The notes beneath the pieces are model-generated. The model searched no databases. It saw nothing but the letters and a program-made list of their open reading frames with translations, and was not told where the DNA came from. A stretch of 64,000 bases of DNA from Macrostomum hystrix (lineage: Eukaryota; Animalia; Platyhelminthes), in contig CATNEN010000039.1 of the NCBI GenBank assembly GCA_950097015.1, forward strand, positions 17,484,001 through 17,548,000. Reading direction: 5' to 3'. Position 1 is the first letter of the stretch, and every line of letters begins with the position of its first letter. Below are positions 25,101 through 37,749 of this stretch, piece after piece. The translations under genes and the position numbers were made by a program.

Positions 25101-26268
25101 TGCACTCAGCGGACCACCAGGACTTGGCCTTGGCGACCGAGCCCCTGGGTATGCTCTTGGCGGCTGACTCCAGAACCTTAGAGGTGAAGCTCCTGTTGGC
25201 CAGCTCCAGGGAGAAAAAACGCGAGGCGTCCCAGCCGGCAAAGCGGGAATCAACCTCGGCCTGAAACTTAGGCCAGTCCGCCCTCTTGATGTTCAGGTGC
25301 GTGCGGGCCCTTCTGCCCTGTGGCGCGACGTACTGCACCGTCAGCAGCAGCGGGAGATGGTCGGATCCGACGGGGTCCAGGACCTGCCAGATGGCCTTGC
25401 CGGCCCAGCTAGCATGGCCCAGGGCGACGTCCGGCGCAGTGCCTACTCCAGTCGCAGAGAACCGCGTCGGGGACCCGTCGTTGAGGGCTAGCCATCCTTG
25501 CCCAGCCAGCCAGTCATCCAGATTCTCTCCCAGGTCGTCCGGGTCGCACTCAGGGTCCCAGCTGCCATGGGCGTTCACGTCCCCGAGAACCAGGTGGTCG
25601 GCTCCCCTCGGCCAGCTGCCGAGATGGAGGTCGCCGTCTCGCTGGTCCCCGTCGCCCAGGCGGACCGGCGGTCTGTAGATGTTGACGATGGTCAGCGGCT
25701 TGGTGTTGTTGCTCCGCACTCTGACACTCAGACTCTCCAAAGCAGCCCCGTCAGGCAGGCGCAGCCCGGGCTCCACTCTCTCATGCTGAATCCCGCGGCG
25801 AACAAGGGTCAGGAGACCCCCATGGTGCCCTGGGTTGGCACCTCTGTGCACTTGACGCTCTCTTCTGTAGGCCGTGAAGTCCTTGAAGTCGGGGATGGGA
25901 TCGTTGGGATGGAGATTCGTCTCTTGCAGCACGGCCACGTCTATCCTGTGAACATCGAGCAGCCGGCTCAACGCCGGTCCCCTCGATTTCAGGCCGTTGA
26001 GGTTGAGCTGCAGGATGTTAAGCGCTCTCTTCACTTGCTGCTGCTCCGGTCGTCTCTCGCCGCCTCTCGGCGGCCCGGGGTTCGACTCGATGTCCCCCGA
26101 CAGCAGGAGCCGGCGGCGCGCCCAGTCGGGGTTGGACGCCCGCCCACCCGAAAACCCGACCAGCGGGCGTGGGTGCTGGCGCTGCAGGCAGCACCAGGGG
26201 GTGGAAGCACTTGGCGCGGCTCTGTGCCGCGACGCCGGTCCGCACGAGAAGGGGGCTTCCTTGACCAC
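22177..26268 (-). pseudogene. Single LINE ORF interrupted by two in-frame stops (TAG 24679-24681, TAA 22450-22452)
   Basis: The three track ORFs 24679-26268, 22450-24606 and 22177-22392 share one frame and read through as SPF*LAELQEAI and EVAL*QLRANRAPFL. Confidence 0.88.
26071..26130 (-). other. 2A-like StopGo (ribosome skipping) peptide
   Basis: WARRRLLLSGDIESNPG/P matches D(V/I)ExNPG-P, just upstream of the APE domain. Confidence 0.88.
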
Positions 26269-29200
26269 AGGCCGGTCTCTCCGACCCGTTGCTCGTTGAG
26301 CAGGCCGTCAGGGCCTTGTGGTCGGTACGAACTGGTACCTGAGCTCGAATTCAATCTTATTTCTGGCCAAGTCCAAGAAGACACAGTGAGAGTGTACACT
26401 GCTTGAAAAATGTTACCCGCCAGTTTTACAGCAAGGATTTAAAGTGGCCCGAAGCTTACTGCATGACCACTGGAACCCAATATCGCAAGAATAATCCCAT
26501 ACCCTATGCATCGAGAAAACATGTCCTTGCCAGTGTAATTCAGTCTCTCCTTGATAATCTCACAGAATATTTCTTATTGACAATGTCACCTTGATAATCT
26601 CTTATTATTAATACGAGCCTATCATCCAGATAAACTCACTCAGATCATGCCGAAAATCTCTACTTGATAATATCTTCTTGGCAATCTCATTTAGAAAATC
26701 TCTCGTTGATAGTCTCAGCCAGATAATCTCTACTTGACAATGACACCAAAATAATATCGTTCTGAAAATACAAGCAAGTTTTTTTCATCTGTTATTCCTC
26801 GAGAATACCAAACTAAGGAAATTTACTATTGAAAGCTGCTTACAGCAGATAATATTTAATATTTTTATGCGAGATAATATTATCCTCTAAAAAATCCACT
26901 ATTCATATTTTTACACCTCGAGACTCGAACGTTTAAAGTAGAGCTTTGGATGCAACCTTACAAAAATGAATTTAAAAAACACTTTTGTCTTTCGAAAGCG
27001 AACTTTCAAGTGTGCAAGGCGCTTTTCCGCTGCACACATGTGCACGCTTGTACTTGCACACATGCTAGCAGAAGTGAGTTGCTATAGACTTCAAAAATAG
27101 AAAACTTCAAAGCCGGGGATTTACCGCGGTTCAACCCAGGTTTGGCCTTGGAAACGCCGCTCTGGTTTAAATATGAAACTTTTTTAAACCTGTTTATTAG
27201 TGCTGAAATTTTTAAGCGTCATTAAGTTAAAATTATACTAGAAGAATTCGCGTGGCGTCGTGAAGTAATCCTTGGCTTGGTCGTCGTCGAAGGAAAATTT
27301 CGAGTAGGAATCTAAATCAGCTTGTCAAACGAGCTTTAGACTAGGGCAAATATATTTTCAGGGCAACAGCTTTTTGTTGTTTAAGTACGGTCCAATATAA
27401 ATAAGATAGACAATGAACTACAATATTTTACTTAGGCCAAAAAGAAGTAAAAATTATTACTTTTTTACATTTTCAATGCATAAGCAGACTAAGCATATAC
27501 GCGAGTCCATAATACTCATAAAAATTAATAATTAATAATTTAACTAAAGTAATGCATTGTGTCTTGCTCCCCGAATCCCCGACCTTCAACCACAAAGCTA
27601 CCCTTCCTGCTACTCTAAGTGCACCCAATTAGCGCCGTACATTAGCAAGCTCAGCGTGTCAAATATATGTTTATAAAATTAGCCACTTGACAGACTACAA
27701 AAGCGTTAATGGGGCCTGCACCTGTTTATTTCCAGGACGCACAAGCCTGATGACGGCCCACGCCAACGACGAAAGCCTTGCAAATGGGCAGCCTCACGAC
27801 TACATGCATCATTCTCTGGAGCTTACCAGTGACAGACACAAAGAAAACTGGCAGCAATGGGCTGCTGAACCTGTCAGGCAGTACAGGCCAGCTCAAACAA
27901 GCTCATCTAGTGCCGAAGCAACCCTGACAGTGCGGGCAGACCAGCTAGGTCTCCTGACAGAGAAGCAAGCCCAGGCATGTTGGATAAATTAATGCACAAC
28001 TGCAGTGATATTGAGCGCTGCATTCTGCTTGGCTGCTTGTTGCACATCTACACACGGACCAGGAACGTTTTCTTGGCTACGAGAGTCGTCTCCGATCGTT
28101 TGGAGACTCGCCTGACGAAGCGTACGCTCTTCGATGGGCGCAGAGCGGATTCTACAGCGAGGGCTTTCGCCGAGTCGTCTGCTGCCACTGCGGTATGCAG
28201 TACGTCCATCCGAGGTCCGAAAATGAAGTTGATCGCAAGAAGTGTCCCAGCCAGAGTGATGAATCGCATAGTTGCGCGCTCTCTTGGCTTCTGAACTTTA
28301 TCGACAATGACGGAGAAGTGAAAGGGGCGTCAAAAGCTGAGCTTTTGAAAAGCTGAGTAGGACGAGTTGAGGCAGCACTGGGAAGCCAGGCTGTGCAACT
28401 CGCCGATTCGTTCGGATACTCGAGAGGATTGGATCTGGCAGTGCTCATCGCAGCGTGTGACCAAACTCCTACTCACCCGAGGGCTGGCGAGCTCATTCAG
28501 TTGAGGACAAACGCTCCTGAGAACAGTTCAACGGAATTTCTTTGGCTGGAAGCCAAGCCGGCAGGACTGATGGACAAGAACGAGCAAGCCTCCTAGCAAG
28601 CTCAGTTGATGGTGGACAACTACAGCGGGCTTCGGCAAGCAGTAATGAAAGCGACCTGTGTCAAATGTGCTCCTGCAGGCGAAGGGATCGAATAACTCTA
28701 CCATGCGCACACCTGAATTAGTTCTGTCATGTCTGCTTGAGTAAAGCTTGCGAGTGCCCCGCTTGCCACTCCGTAATTTTAGGCATGCTCGTTGCTAATA
28801 TATGCCAGTTGATCCCCAAAGATGCAACATTCACTGGTCATCAAAATAAATTGACACAAAAGCGAGTTATTTGCTTTCTCGTTTCATCGTATCTATCCAT
28901 TCATTTACTCAAATGACTCGTTTTGGTGCACATTTTAGTGCAGTGCTCAAATAAATGTTAATATAAAATAATATGTACAAACACGTCAACTGGCCTCTAC
29001 AGATGGCTGTTTAAATGAGCCTTTAGAGAATACGAGAATTAAACATTTTCTGCTTTCCTGTAAGCGAAGAAGGACCTTAAAATGTTGTCAGTGTGTTAAA
29101 AATGTACTTGTACAGTATAGGCTAATGTACATTCATACCATTGCTCATTCCACTCCAGTGTTCATGAGCATTCGTTGAAAAATAAATTGTAATAAAACTT

Positions 29201-29462
29201 GTTCATTCTTATACTCGTAGCAGTGTAAACGAGCCTTTAGTTTCCAGAGCTTTCGTGAAATCCCAGCTCCTACGAGTACCTCAGCCTGAATACTTAGGGA
29301 CGCAAGCTTCATATAGAACGCAAGCCTAATTGTCTGTTAAATTAAAAGCAAGAATTTATTAACGATTTGTTCTTAGGGATGTCTGCAAAGGCTGTGGCTT
29401 TAGTTTATTCAATTTTGTTTGGAATAAAAGTAGATTTCGCAGATAATATTCAAAGTCAGTGG

Positions 29463-30417
29463 ATGGCCATCAGTCTGCTCCAGTTGGTTGGCTTGTCAGT
29501 AAGCCTTGATTATCTCGCCTTCAAAAGCCGTCAGAAATCATTCTCGGGCATTTTTGACGAGGCGACCGCTCAGCAGCAGGCACAGAACGGATTCTACAGT
29601 AACTCTCTCGGTGGAGCTAGCTGCTTTGTCTGCGGCGCCAGCTCTGTTAAATTGAGCCAAGCTGCAGCTCAGGAGGACTCGAACCATCGACCTGGATGTT
29701 TGCTTCCGCGGCTGCTGCAGCTGTTGCAAAAAAATAGCGCCGTGACGGAAACTGACATTGCGGTGGATTTGGCCAGACTACAAAATACTGTAATGCGACT
29801 TTAGCTGTTTCTGACTGATCAGAAAGTCGCATTTGTTGAATCTTTTGGATTCTCAAAATCCCAAACAATCCTAGGAGCACTTCGCCTGGCCTTTAAAACT
29901 AATTTCAAAGAGAACGGCTGGAAAACTGGTGAGCTGATAGAGATTCTGCAGTCCTTCAACGAGGAGGTCTCCGCTCTGGCTGAAATTGTGTCGAGTCTAC
30001 TAAGCTCCTTGAGTCAGGGCGCTTGTCAAGGCTACAGCATAGGCAGCACAAGGACACAGCCTAATTTAATTCAAAATGAGCCGATTGGCACAACAATCAG
30101 ACCATGCGGCAGGTGAGGGACATCAATTTTTACCTCGTCGTCAACTTGTCTTTTCTCGCTGCTTAATCTGAGCAATTTTTACCTGCTTCAAGCAATAACC
30201 CACAGCGCCTCAGTACAAGCTCCTCAGCTTAGTGTAACCACAAAGCGAACTAATTGAAGGCAGTCCATTTTGCACAATGTGCAAGACGCGGTCGCGCGAT
30301 GTGGTCCTGCTTCCGTGCGCGCACCTCCTGTACTGCCATCAGTGCGTCCTGGGAGCTCAAAGGTGTCCGCAGTGTGGTTCGCACATTTTGGCTGAAAAGA
30401 ACGCATTTCTGACCTGA
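29463..30417 (+). pseudogene. IAP-like gene: BIR, possible UBA, C-terminal RING; probably disabled
   Basis: BIR-like FKSRQKSF...NGFY...CFVC...H...C; in-frame TAG at 29802; UBA-like VESFGFSK; donor GTGAGG near 30113; RING CTMCKTRSRDVVLLPCAHLLYCHQCVLGAQRCPQC...AFLT* at 30241-30417. Confidence 0.75.
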
Positions 30418-30899
30418 TAGGGAACTGACGATGCTGTGGCCTCCTAAACCCCACGACGCATACATCATCAGCTGCCGGCTGGGTCAGACTCTTGTGATAA
30501 GTATCAGTTATAAATGGCTTATGGCACCTCCAACCGGGCTTAACCCTTTGAAGATTCCGCTCAAAACGAAACTGGACATGCAAGTGAAGGTAACTGTGTG
30601 GCCTTAGCATATTTTATTACATTATATAGCACAGTAACACAACTGTTCTTCAGAAAAATCTTCAAAGATTTGGGTTTGGGACTTATGATGGAATTAGGAT
30701 GTCTAAGCCTAAAGCAGTAATGGATCTATGCACATTGCTGCCAGTAGAAAGGAAGCAGCAGAAACTTTGGGTTTCACACTTGATTATGCTACCTGCCGTG
30801 CCCCACAACATTTGATACTCGATTCTATTTCTTAATAGGCGAAATGTACGAGGCGAAGTGCCAAAGCCGTTATAAATAAATCAATTTCTAGAGATTAGA

Positions 30900-31369
30900 A
30901 AAACATATTTAAACTTTTGAATTCATCGTTTATATTCATCGTTGACATAATGTTCACAGTTGATATAGGTTTCAGTGAGGTAATTAGATTTAGAAATCAG
31001 TTTAATGCACTTTTCTGATGGAGGGCAAAAATTTTCAGAGAAATGTCCTGGCTGTGGATCTACATCTCGTTTCACGTAGGAAATTCATGGTACCAGATCA
31101 CGTCCTAGATCGTTGATCAAGTTAAATACACTCGCTTTATTGCAGTTATCACCCGTGCAGTCTTTGCAATATTTTGTAGAGGTACAGGCGCCGCAACCAT
31201 ATTTCAGTAGCTAAAAAAAGTTTCCACATAAGGCAAAATTTATAGGGCAAACTGTTGCTTTATGATTTCGAATTGATGTGCTAATTAAATTAGTTTAATT
31301 CATTCGGTCGCTCACCACTGGGATAGTCAAATCATTAGGTTGATATTCCACTTTCACTTGGTGACTTGG
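30900..31369 (-). pseudogene. Inverted pseudogene paralog of the secreted Cys-rich gene at 32826
   Basis: Near-identical intron (31211-31315) and exon 2 start (YGCGACTSTKYCKDCTGDNCNK); frameshift after VTK, premature TGA after DLVP; 5' part replaced by LINE sequence. Confidence 0.82.
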
Positions 31370-32100
31370 AGTGCCCCGCGCGGAAGCCATGCTGCCATAT
31401 GGGGAGCGGGAGTGCGCTCTGAAAGGTGGACAGCAGGCAATTTTCCAGCAATTTGGCGGCTGGAGAAAGGATCGAGATTGGCCTGTAGGAGGAGCTGCAG
31501 GTAGCATCTTTGTTCCTTTGAGAAGAGGCACTACCTTGGCAGATGTCCAGGTGCTAGGAACGATACTGGTGGTAAGGCTCAGATTGAATAGGCAGCAGAG
31601 GAAGGCAATTCCCATTGGTCCAAGATGCTTCAGGACGATGGGGGAAAGGCCATCCGGTCCGGTGGCTTTGGACGGCGAAGAGCTTTTGATGGCCGACGTG
31701 ACGTCCCTTGGACGTGAGCAGGAAGCCATTGGTGGAGGAAAGCATGTCCCTTTTGAGGCGTCTGTCGTCCGGGGTGGCCGGATGAATTTGATCAAAGAAC
31801 TGCCTGTTGAAGGCCTTGGCAATGCGTTTTGGATCAGTTAAAGAAAGCTCGTCAAAAGGATGCCAGCGGAGCTTTCTTTGTGGCCTTTTCTGCTGAGCTT
31901 CTTGCTGGTTTGCCACAGTTCAGAGACCTGGTGCTTGATGCTGAACTGCTCAAGCTTTTCCCTCCAGTTCGCCCGGCGAAAGTTGGAGCAGATCTGGTTG
32001 ATTTCGTCTTGAATGATGGTGATAGCTTCCGTGCGGGTTATCCGTGCGAATGAGGTCTCTTTGCTTGCAGAGGGTGTCGGCTTCCGGCGGGAAGTGGGGA
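31370..32100 (-). mobile_element. LINE fragment (pre-RT and RT N-terminus)
   Basis: KATGPDGL, WTSAKVVPLLK, HGFR motifs; near-identical to 47385-47705. Confidence 0.85.
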
Positions 32101-32825
32101 CGAAAATTTTGAAGTTTCCCAGCTAGGATGTGGTGCTTAGCTGCTTGAAGGACAGCTTGCCTGAAGGCTTTCTCTCCAGGATGAGGATGCGATTTGGGAT
32201 CTAAGGTCTGTCTAATGAGATATAGGATCTCGGATGTAGGATCAGCGGCATCCCATATTGGATGTATTTTCTGGGATATGGGATCTGTGGCATAGGATGC
32301 GGGATCTGAGGTGCGGAGGAATCTGAGAAAGAACGATTTGATGTGATTGAAGAAAAGTCACTAGTTTTCGTTAACCTGGCTCTGTCTAAAAAGCCTGTCA
32401 AATATGGGCCCATGGGAAACATACATTCGATGCTTGTAAAGTGCAATGCTTCTTTGTTAGAGAGAAACTCTATAAAGCTAGAAAGATTTCTAATAGTACA
32501 ACACAAAAGTTCATCTCAGAAAAGTCGTGCATGAAAAAAGCAAAGTAGAGCTGAAATTTGCCATAGACAAAAGGCGGGCACCCCTGTGTCAGCCAGCGCT
32601 GCCATAGACCGAGCTGGCTCGGACCTGTACTTTCTGCAGCATATTGAAGGGGCAGCGGCCCGAAACGAAGAATCAAATCCAACAACTGACAACACTCGAC
32701 TAAGCATTCTGGCCGATTCTACTCAGCCGTTGCAAACCTGATCAGCAATTCAACTGCCACCTGCCAGCTAATCGACCAAATCTAACTGGGCTATTCGGAA
32801 TCGAAGCTGGCAATCATGACGACTA

Positions 32826-33606
32826 TGAAGCTGGTTATTGTTTGCGTGTTTCTTGCACTTGGAGGCATCCAGCTGGCTGATTGTATTAAATGTATCTCGT
32901 CGAGGAATTCTAGAGGAGCACCATTTTATGAATATAAGAATGACAAGTACAGTATAGATTGTCAGCAAGCATCTTATTTTTTAGGCAGCGTCACCAAGTG
33001 TTACGTGGATTATGGACCTGAAGGTTCAACTGCGAATAGTGGCGAAGTGGTGAGCGACCGAATGAATTGAACTAATTTAATTAGCATATCAATTCGAAAT
33101 CATAAAGCAACAGTTTTCCTTATAAATTTTGCCCTATGCGGAAACTTTTTTAGCGACTGTATTATGGTTGCGGCGCCTGTACCTCTACAAAATATTGCAA
33201 AGACTGCACGGGTGATAACTGCAATAAAGCGAGTGTATTTAACTTGACCAATGATCTAGAACGTGATCTGGTACCATGCCTTCGCTACGAGATGCCTAAG
33301 GAAGCTAATCTACACGATCTATTCTATCTACGTCCATCTAAAATTTTTTGCAATCCGTCAGAAAAGTGCATTCAAATTGTTTTTAAAAGGGTACGACGGT
33401 ACCCTTGGGTACCTCGTGGGTACGAGGATGTGGACGGGGATGAGGGTTTTAAAACCATCATCGGCTGTAAAAAAGATCTTCAAGGCTATCAAACACGTAA
33501 GTATTCGTTCACACATTTTGAACACTACAAATGTAGACCGAACCCAGAAAATTCTTTTCTAAACCCTTGTGACCCGATTGAATCTCTAGATTGGTCTCTA
33601 AGCTGA
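32826..33606 (+). CDS. Secreted Cys-rich protein, Ly6/uPAR (three-finger)-like; exons 32826-33049 and 33154-33606
   Basis: Signal peptide MKLVIVCVFLALGGIQLADC, mature start IKC, phase-0 GTGAGC..TTTTAG intron, C...DNCN domain end, second Cys-containing domain. Confidence 0.72.
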
Positions 33607-33990
33607 TTCTGCGACTATTCTGCAAAGTCTCTCTTATTGCGCTTACCGTTTTTTTTTCTATGTCAGCTTATTTCACTTGTCTCGCTAGAAAATTAATGAG
33701 GTCTTAAAAAGCTCGCTGCTTATTTAATGTTTAACTTAATAGACTCTTTCAGCTTTGCTACTCTCTAATATTTCTAACACTTACAGATTATTCAAAAGCA
33801 AATGCACAAAGCCAGACACAACAGCTAATCGATGATTTTTTTACGCAAACCATCCCATATTAATTTTGCAGCGCAACTAATGTTTTATGCATGCGTTTTA
33901 ACTTCAATGGAGCTATTTTTTAGTTGCACAGAGTATTTTAGAGAACAATAAAATAGAATGAAAAATCATTTTTGGTTTTAGTAAATTTCA

Positions 33991-36260
33991 CTAGCAAGTT
34001 TTGCCCCCCTACAGGGAGCAGAAAAGTTTTTAATTCGTCTAGTATATACTTTTTAGCTGCTGTATTTTCAGTTTTTTAAGCTATAATGATCCCCAGTTGA
34101 CAATGATCCCCCAGTTGATGATGATTTAACCCAGTTGATGATGATCACCCAGTTGATGATGATCACCCAGTTGATGATGATCACCCAGTTGATGATGATC
34201 ACCCAGTTGAGAATGATCCCCCAGTTGATAATGATCCCCCATTTGATGATGATCCCCAGTTGACCATGAACACCCATTTGATGATCACTCCCGATTGATG
34301 ATGATCACCCAGCTGACAATGATCCTCCAGTTGCCAATGATCCCCCATTTGATGATGATCCCCAGTTGACCATGATCACCCATTTGATGATGACTCCCAA
34401 TTGATGATGATCACCCAGCTGACAATGATCCCCCAGTTGACAATGATCCCCCAGTTGACAATGATCCCCCAGTTGATAATGATCCCCCAGTTGACAACGA
34501 TCCCCAGTTGACAATGATCACCCAGCTGACAATGATCCCCCAGTTGACAATTATCACCCAGTGGACAATGATTCCCCAGTTGACATTGATCCCCCAGTTG
34601 ACAATGATCCCCCAGTTGACAATGATCCCCCAGTTGATAATGATCCCCCAGTTGACAACGATCCCCAGTTGACAATGATCACCCAGCTGACAATGATCAC
34701 CCAGCTGACAATTATCACCCAGTGGACAATGATTCCCCAGTTGACATTGATCCCCCAGTTGACAATGATCCCCCAGTTGACAATGATCCCCCAGTTGACA
34801 ATGATCAACCAGCTGACAATTATCATCCAGTGGACAATGATTCCCCAGTTGACATTGATCCCCCAGTTGACAATGATCCCCCAGCTGACAATGATCACCC
34901 AGTTGACAATGTTCCCTCAGTTTACAATGATCCCCCAGCTGACATGATCCCCCATTTGATGATGATCACACAGTTGACAATGATTCCCAAGTTGACAATG
35001 ATCCCCCAGTTGATAATGATCACCCAGTCGACAATGATCCCACAGTTGACAATGATCCCCCAGTTCACAATGATCCCCCAGTTCATATTGATCCCCCAGT
35101 TGATGATGATCCCCCAGTTGATGATGATCCTCCAGTTGATGATGATCACCCAGTTGACAATGATCCCCCCGGTTGACCATGAACCCCCAGTTGTCAATGA
35201 TCCCCCAGTTGATGATGCTCTAACCCAGTTGACAATGATGCCCCAGTTCACATTGATCCCCCAGTTGACAATGATTCCCAAGTTGAGAATGATCCCCCAG
35301 TTGACAAGGATTACCCAGCTGACAATGATTCCCCAGTTGACAATGATCCCCCAGTTGACAATGATCCCCCAGTTGACAATGATCCCCCATTTGACAATGA
35401 TCCCCCAGTTGACAATGATCACCCATTTGATGATGACTCCCATTGATGATGATCACCCAGCTGACAATGATCCCCCAGTTGACAATGATCCCCCAGCTGA
35501 CATGATCCCCCATTTGATGATGATCACACAGTTGACAATGATTCCCAAGTTGACAATGATCCCCCAGTTGACAATGATCCCCCAGTTGATAATGATCCCC
35601 CAGCTGACAATGATCAACCAGTCGACAATGATCCCCCAGTTGACAATGATCCCCCAGTTGATAATGATCCCCCAGTTGACAACGATCCCCCAGTTGACAA
35701 TGATCCCCCAGTTCACAATGATCCCCCAGTTCACTTTGATCCCTCAGTTGATGATGATCACCCAGTTGACAATGATCCCCCATTTGATGATGATCCCCCA
35801 GTTGACAATGATCCCCCAGTTGACAATGATCCCCCAGTTGATAATGATCCCCCAGCTGACAATGATCACCCAGTCGACAATGATCCCCCAGTTGACAATG
35901 ATCCCCCAGTTGATAATGATCCCCCAACGATCCCCCAGTTGACAATGATCCCCAGTTCACAATTATCCCCCAGTTCACATTGATCCCCCAGTTCACAATG
36001 ATCCCCCAGTTCACAATGATCCCCCAGTTCACATTGATCCCCCAGTTGATGATAATCCCCCAGTTGATGATGATCACCCAGTTGACAATGATCCCCCAGT
36101 TGACCATGATCCCCCATTTGATGATGATCCCCCAGTTGACAATGATCCCCAAGTTGACAATGATTCCCCAGTTGACAATGATCCCCCAGTCGACAATGAT
36201 CCCCCAGTTGACCATGATCACCCAGTCGACAATGATCGCCCAGCTGACAATGATCACCAG
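33991..36260 (-). mobile_element. Long (about 2.2 kb) 18-bp satellite array with a Helitron-like 3' terminus
   Basis: About 120 copies of ACAATGATCCCCCAGTTG (34085-36260); flank 33991-34085 is the reverse complement homologue of 16325-16420, with hairpin and CTAG|T. Confidence 0.8.
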
Positions 36261-36775
36261 ATTAGATAGGAATTGCTATAGAGGTTTTATGCTATGTTTG
36301 ACCCACTGCCAAAAGAAAACGAGAGCATATATTAGTGTGCCACAATCGTCAGATGGTACATGCATTATCGCTCTGTCGCCTGGCGCAAGTGGCACCGATC
36401 CAGCTTATCTATAGACATAGCGGCAGCCTTTGAAAGTCACCCCATACAGGCCTATCTCGACAATGAGGAGATTTTGACGCTTTCCAGCGATGCGAGTTCG
36501 ACCACTTCTCTAGCTCCTACTGCGACTAGAATATATCTCCAGACTAAATTTAAATTGTAAATTTAAATCAGTAAATCACTGAATGTGCACACAAATTTTA
36601 TTTCCTAGCTCTCACTGATCAGTAAAACAGTAAGTATATGTATTGTAAATATGTTATATCTCAAAACTAAACATTCGATTATACAAACCGAACATTTAAC
36701 TTGCTGCACTACTAACGTTTAAATACGAGTAGTATTTCAAGCATGTTAGGTTCTGTACAGTAGATCAAAAAATGA

Positions 36776-37749
36776 CCTTTGCGGACTGGAATCGGACTGT
36801 TGGAATTACACAATTTTTCAATTTTAAAATGCATAAGTAGCTGAAAAAAAGCCTCTTAAGGCGTTTCCAGCAGCTAACTCAAGTAGTTTTTTATGCAACA
36901 TCGTCCTCCTCGTCGCCCTATTGAGGACTCAAAACGTGTGACGTATTTGAGTAAGTCAGTAAGTCCAACGCGGCGGCAGTTCAGAGTTCAATTCCAATTT
37001 CCGTGGCGTAGCGGTAGCGGTCCCAGCGGTAGCGGTCCCAGTGAATTCTGGGTTATTCACTGGGACACACGACAAGCAATGTGGTTAAAGTAAAGGTGCA
37101 GGAGCTCAACGATTGCGGCGAAAACGAAGACAGCGGAGGATAGCAGAGTGGCAGTACAGAAGTGGTGGTGGATAACAGTAATAGCACGCGAACAGTGATA
37201 GTGACGACAGAAAAGTCAGAAAAGTGTCAGAGCTGGGCCAGGGGACAATGAACAAGGCGAGGTGCGGGACGGCGCGGCACGGGGGCGCGGAAAGGAACGG
37301 CGTGGTGGAGCGCGAGCAGGCCTAAAGCCCTTAGTTAAATAACCTAACAAACTGCAGAACAGGGCGATCGATAAATCTAGAATCTGGCCCCAGCCAATGA
37401 GCGTGCAAGCTCACTGGTCTGGGTCGATGACATTGAGACACTAGCAAAAAACAAGTTGGGGCAGCGCGTTGTACTTTGGCGTTTACATACAGTAGCAATG
37501 TAGGAATCATACGAAATTGCAAAAATAATTGAAAACGTAATTATATTAGTCAAACGGCCCAAATTAGTACCTTATAACATTAAACTTCATTGGAGCGCTT
37601 GCAACAAGTGACAACGTCATAAACGGACCGCGGACGCGTCGGCCTTTTGCGGACTAAAATCGGACTGTACGAAGTACACATTTTTTCATCTTTTAAATGC
37701 ATTTATAACTGAAATCAAGAACTCTTAAGACGTTTTCAGCAGCTAACTC
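36776..37749. repeat. Pair of diverged ~105-bp direct repeats (36776-36880, 37643-37749)
   Basis: CCTTTGCGGACT..AATCGGACTGT...CTCTTAAG.CGTTT.CAGCAGCTAACTC in both. Confidence 0.7.

Larger units (their letters stand above)
22166..26333 (-). mobile_element. Full-length Ingi-like non-LTR retrotransposon (2A-APE-RT-RNase H-CCHC)
   Basis: 13-bp TSD GGTACCTGAGCTC (22153-22165 and 26334-26346); (GA)n 3' tail; APE (QET, GDVNAH, SDH), RT (QGSPLS, YADD), RNase H (WTDG, DS, WIPGH), CPHC..H...C. Confidence 0.93.

Noticed and set aside
22227-26406. Many long plus-strand ORFs opposite the LINE
   Set aside because: Antisense shadows of GC-rich coding sequence with no recognisable motifs
27687-28710. GC-richer coding-like segment with short ORFs
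   Set aside because: No recognisable domain or consistent frame; cannot be assigned
15914-33606. Alternative genetic code suggested by several single in-frame stops
   Set aside because: All three stop codons are involved and also end intact genes normally; pseudogenisation or sequence error is simpler
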